Below are positions 23,872-24,553 of a stretch of DNA of 24,553 nt, piece after piece. Origin of the DNA: a virus (Duplodnaviria; Caudoviricetes); the IMG/VR virus record IMGVR_UViG_3300010048_000040, positions 1-24,553 of that record. The stretch is one strand, 5' to 3'. The position numbers were made by a program, and so were the translations under genes. The notes under the pieces are model-generated. The model was not told the origin of the DNA. It saw only the letters and a program-made list of their open reading frames with translations, and searched no databases. Position 1 is the first letter of the stretch. Each line of letters starts with the position of its first letter.

Positions 23872-24553
23872 CGCCCTCCGTCGTCGCGATCTCGCGGAAT
23901 TTAGCGCCGAGTTCCGTCGTCGTCGCGTAGAGCGGGCCGCAGACGTCGAGCCCGGCATAGAGAGCGGTGCGAAAGCCCGCGGCATCGGCGACGCGATTGA
24001 CCGCACGCTTTGTCGCAAAAAGCGCTTCCGGCGAGATCAGGGTCAATCGCTTCGCCCAGGCGAGGCTCGCCGCCGCCAATTCGGCGAGCGGTACCACCCG
24101 GTTGACCATGCCGAGCGAGAGTGCCGTCGCGGCGTCGATCGTGTCGCCGAAATAAAGGAGTTCGCGCGCCTTCTTGTAGCCGATGATCATCGGCATCACG
24201 ATCGCCGGACCGACCGAGGAGAAACGCACTTCCGGTTCGCCGAAAGTCGCGTTGTCGGCGGCGATCGTCAGATCGCACAGCATGACGAGTTCGCAGCCGC
24301 CGCCCATGACGTGGCCCTGCACGGCGGCGATGACCGGTTTTTTCATGAGCCACGGCGCCATCTCGAAGGCGAGCTGGGGTGCGAGATGCGCATGCGCGCT
24401 CGTCGGGTCGCTGCGCCAGTCGTCGCCGCCCGGCTCGCGGGCGCCGATGTCGTAGCCGGCGCAGAAGCTGCGGCCGGCGGCGCGCAGCAAGACGACGCTC
24501 GTCGCCGCGTCGGCATCGGCGCGGGCCAAGGCGTCCTCGAGGCAATGCTGCAA
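23872..24553 (-). CDS. Enoyl-CoA hydratase/isomerase (crotonase) family protein, bacterial; 5' end off window, 3' end replaced
   Basis: FCAGYD, KPVIAAVQGHVMGGGCEL...CDL.IAA..A.FGEPE, ARELL..G..IDA..AL..G.VNRVV; no stop before the PAPS-reductase sequence. Confidence 0.9.

Noticed and set aside
23806-23872. attL/attR site at the phage-host boundary
   Set aside because: No integrase, tRNA or recognisable core repeat, and the phage gene itself is cut, which normal integration would not do.

Overview
Almost the whole window (1-~23800) is a tailed-phage genome segment, probably a contractile-tailed phage of an alphaproteobacterium (inference). From left to right: a baseplate/tail-fibre module (1-7409, +), a lysis/hydrolase module with a GH108 endolysin (7409-11177, +), a leftward operon with HNH-like, DnaA-domain-IV, RecT and RecE-like genes (11174-15900, -), a rightward operon starting with a Cro-like HTH and RusA (15987-19897, +) interrupted by a ~560 bp highly structured non-coding region with a DnaA box, and a leftward array of small genes (20148-22941, -) that almost all start with the same leader AGGAGCCAACC. 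The strongest novel signal is a candidate ~105-nt small RNA at ~19965-20067 (+), with its own promoter-like and terminator-like elements. It carries the antisense of that shared ribosome-binding leader and could silence 8-10 phage genes at once. At the right end a 5'-truncated phage PAPS-reductase-family gene is joined in frame to a bacterial enoyl-CoA hydratase, which is either a phage/host junction or an assembly chimera. No integrase, CI repressor, capsid, terminase, tRNA or CRISPR was recognised. All family calls come from motifs read by eye, not from database searches.
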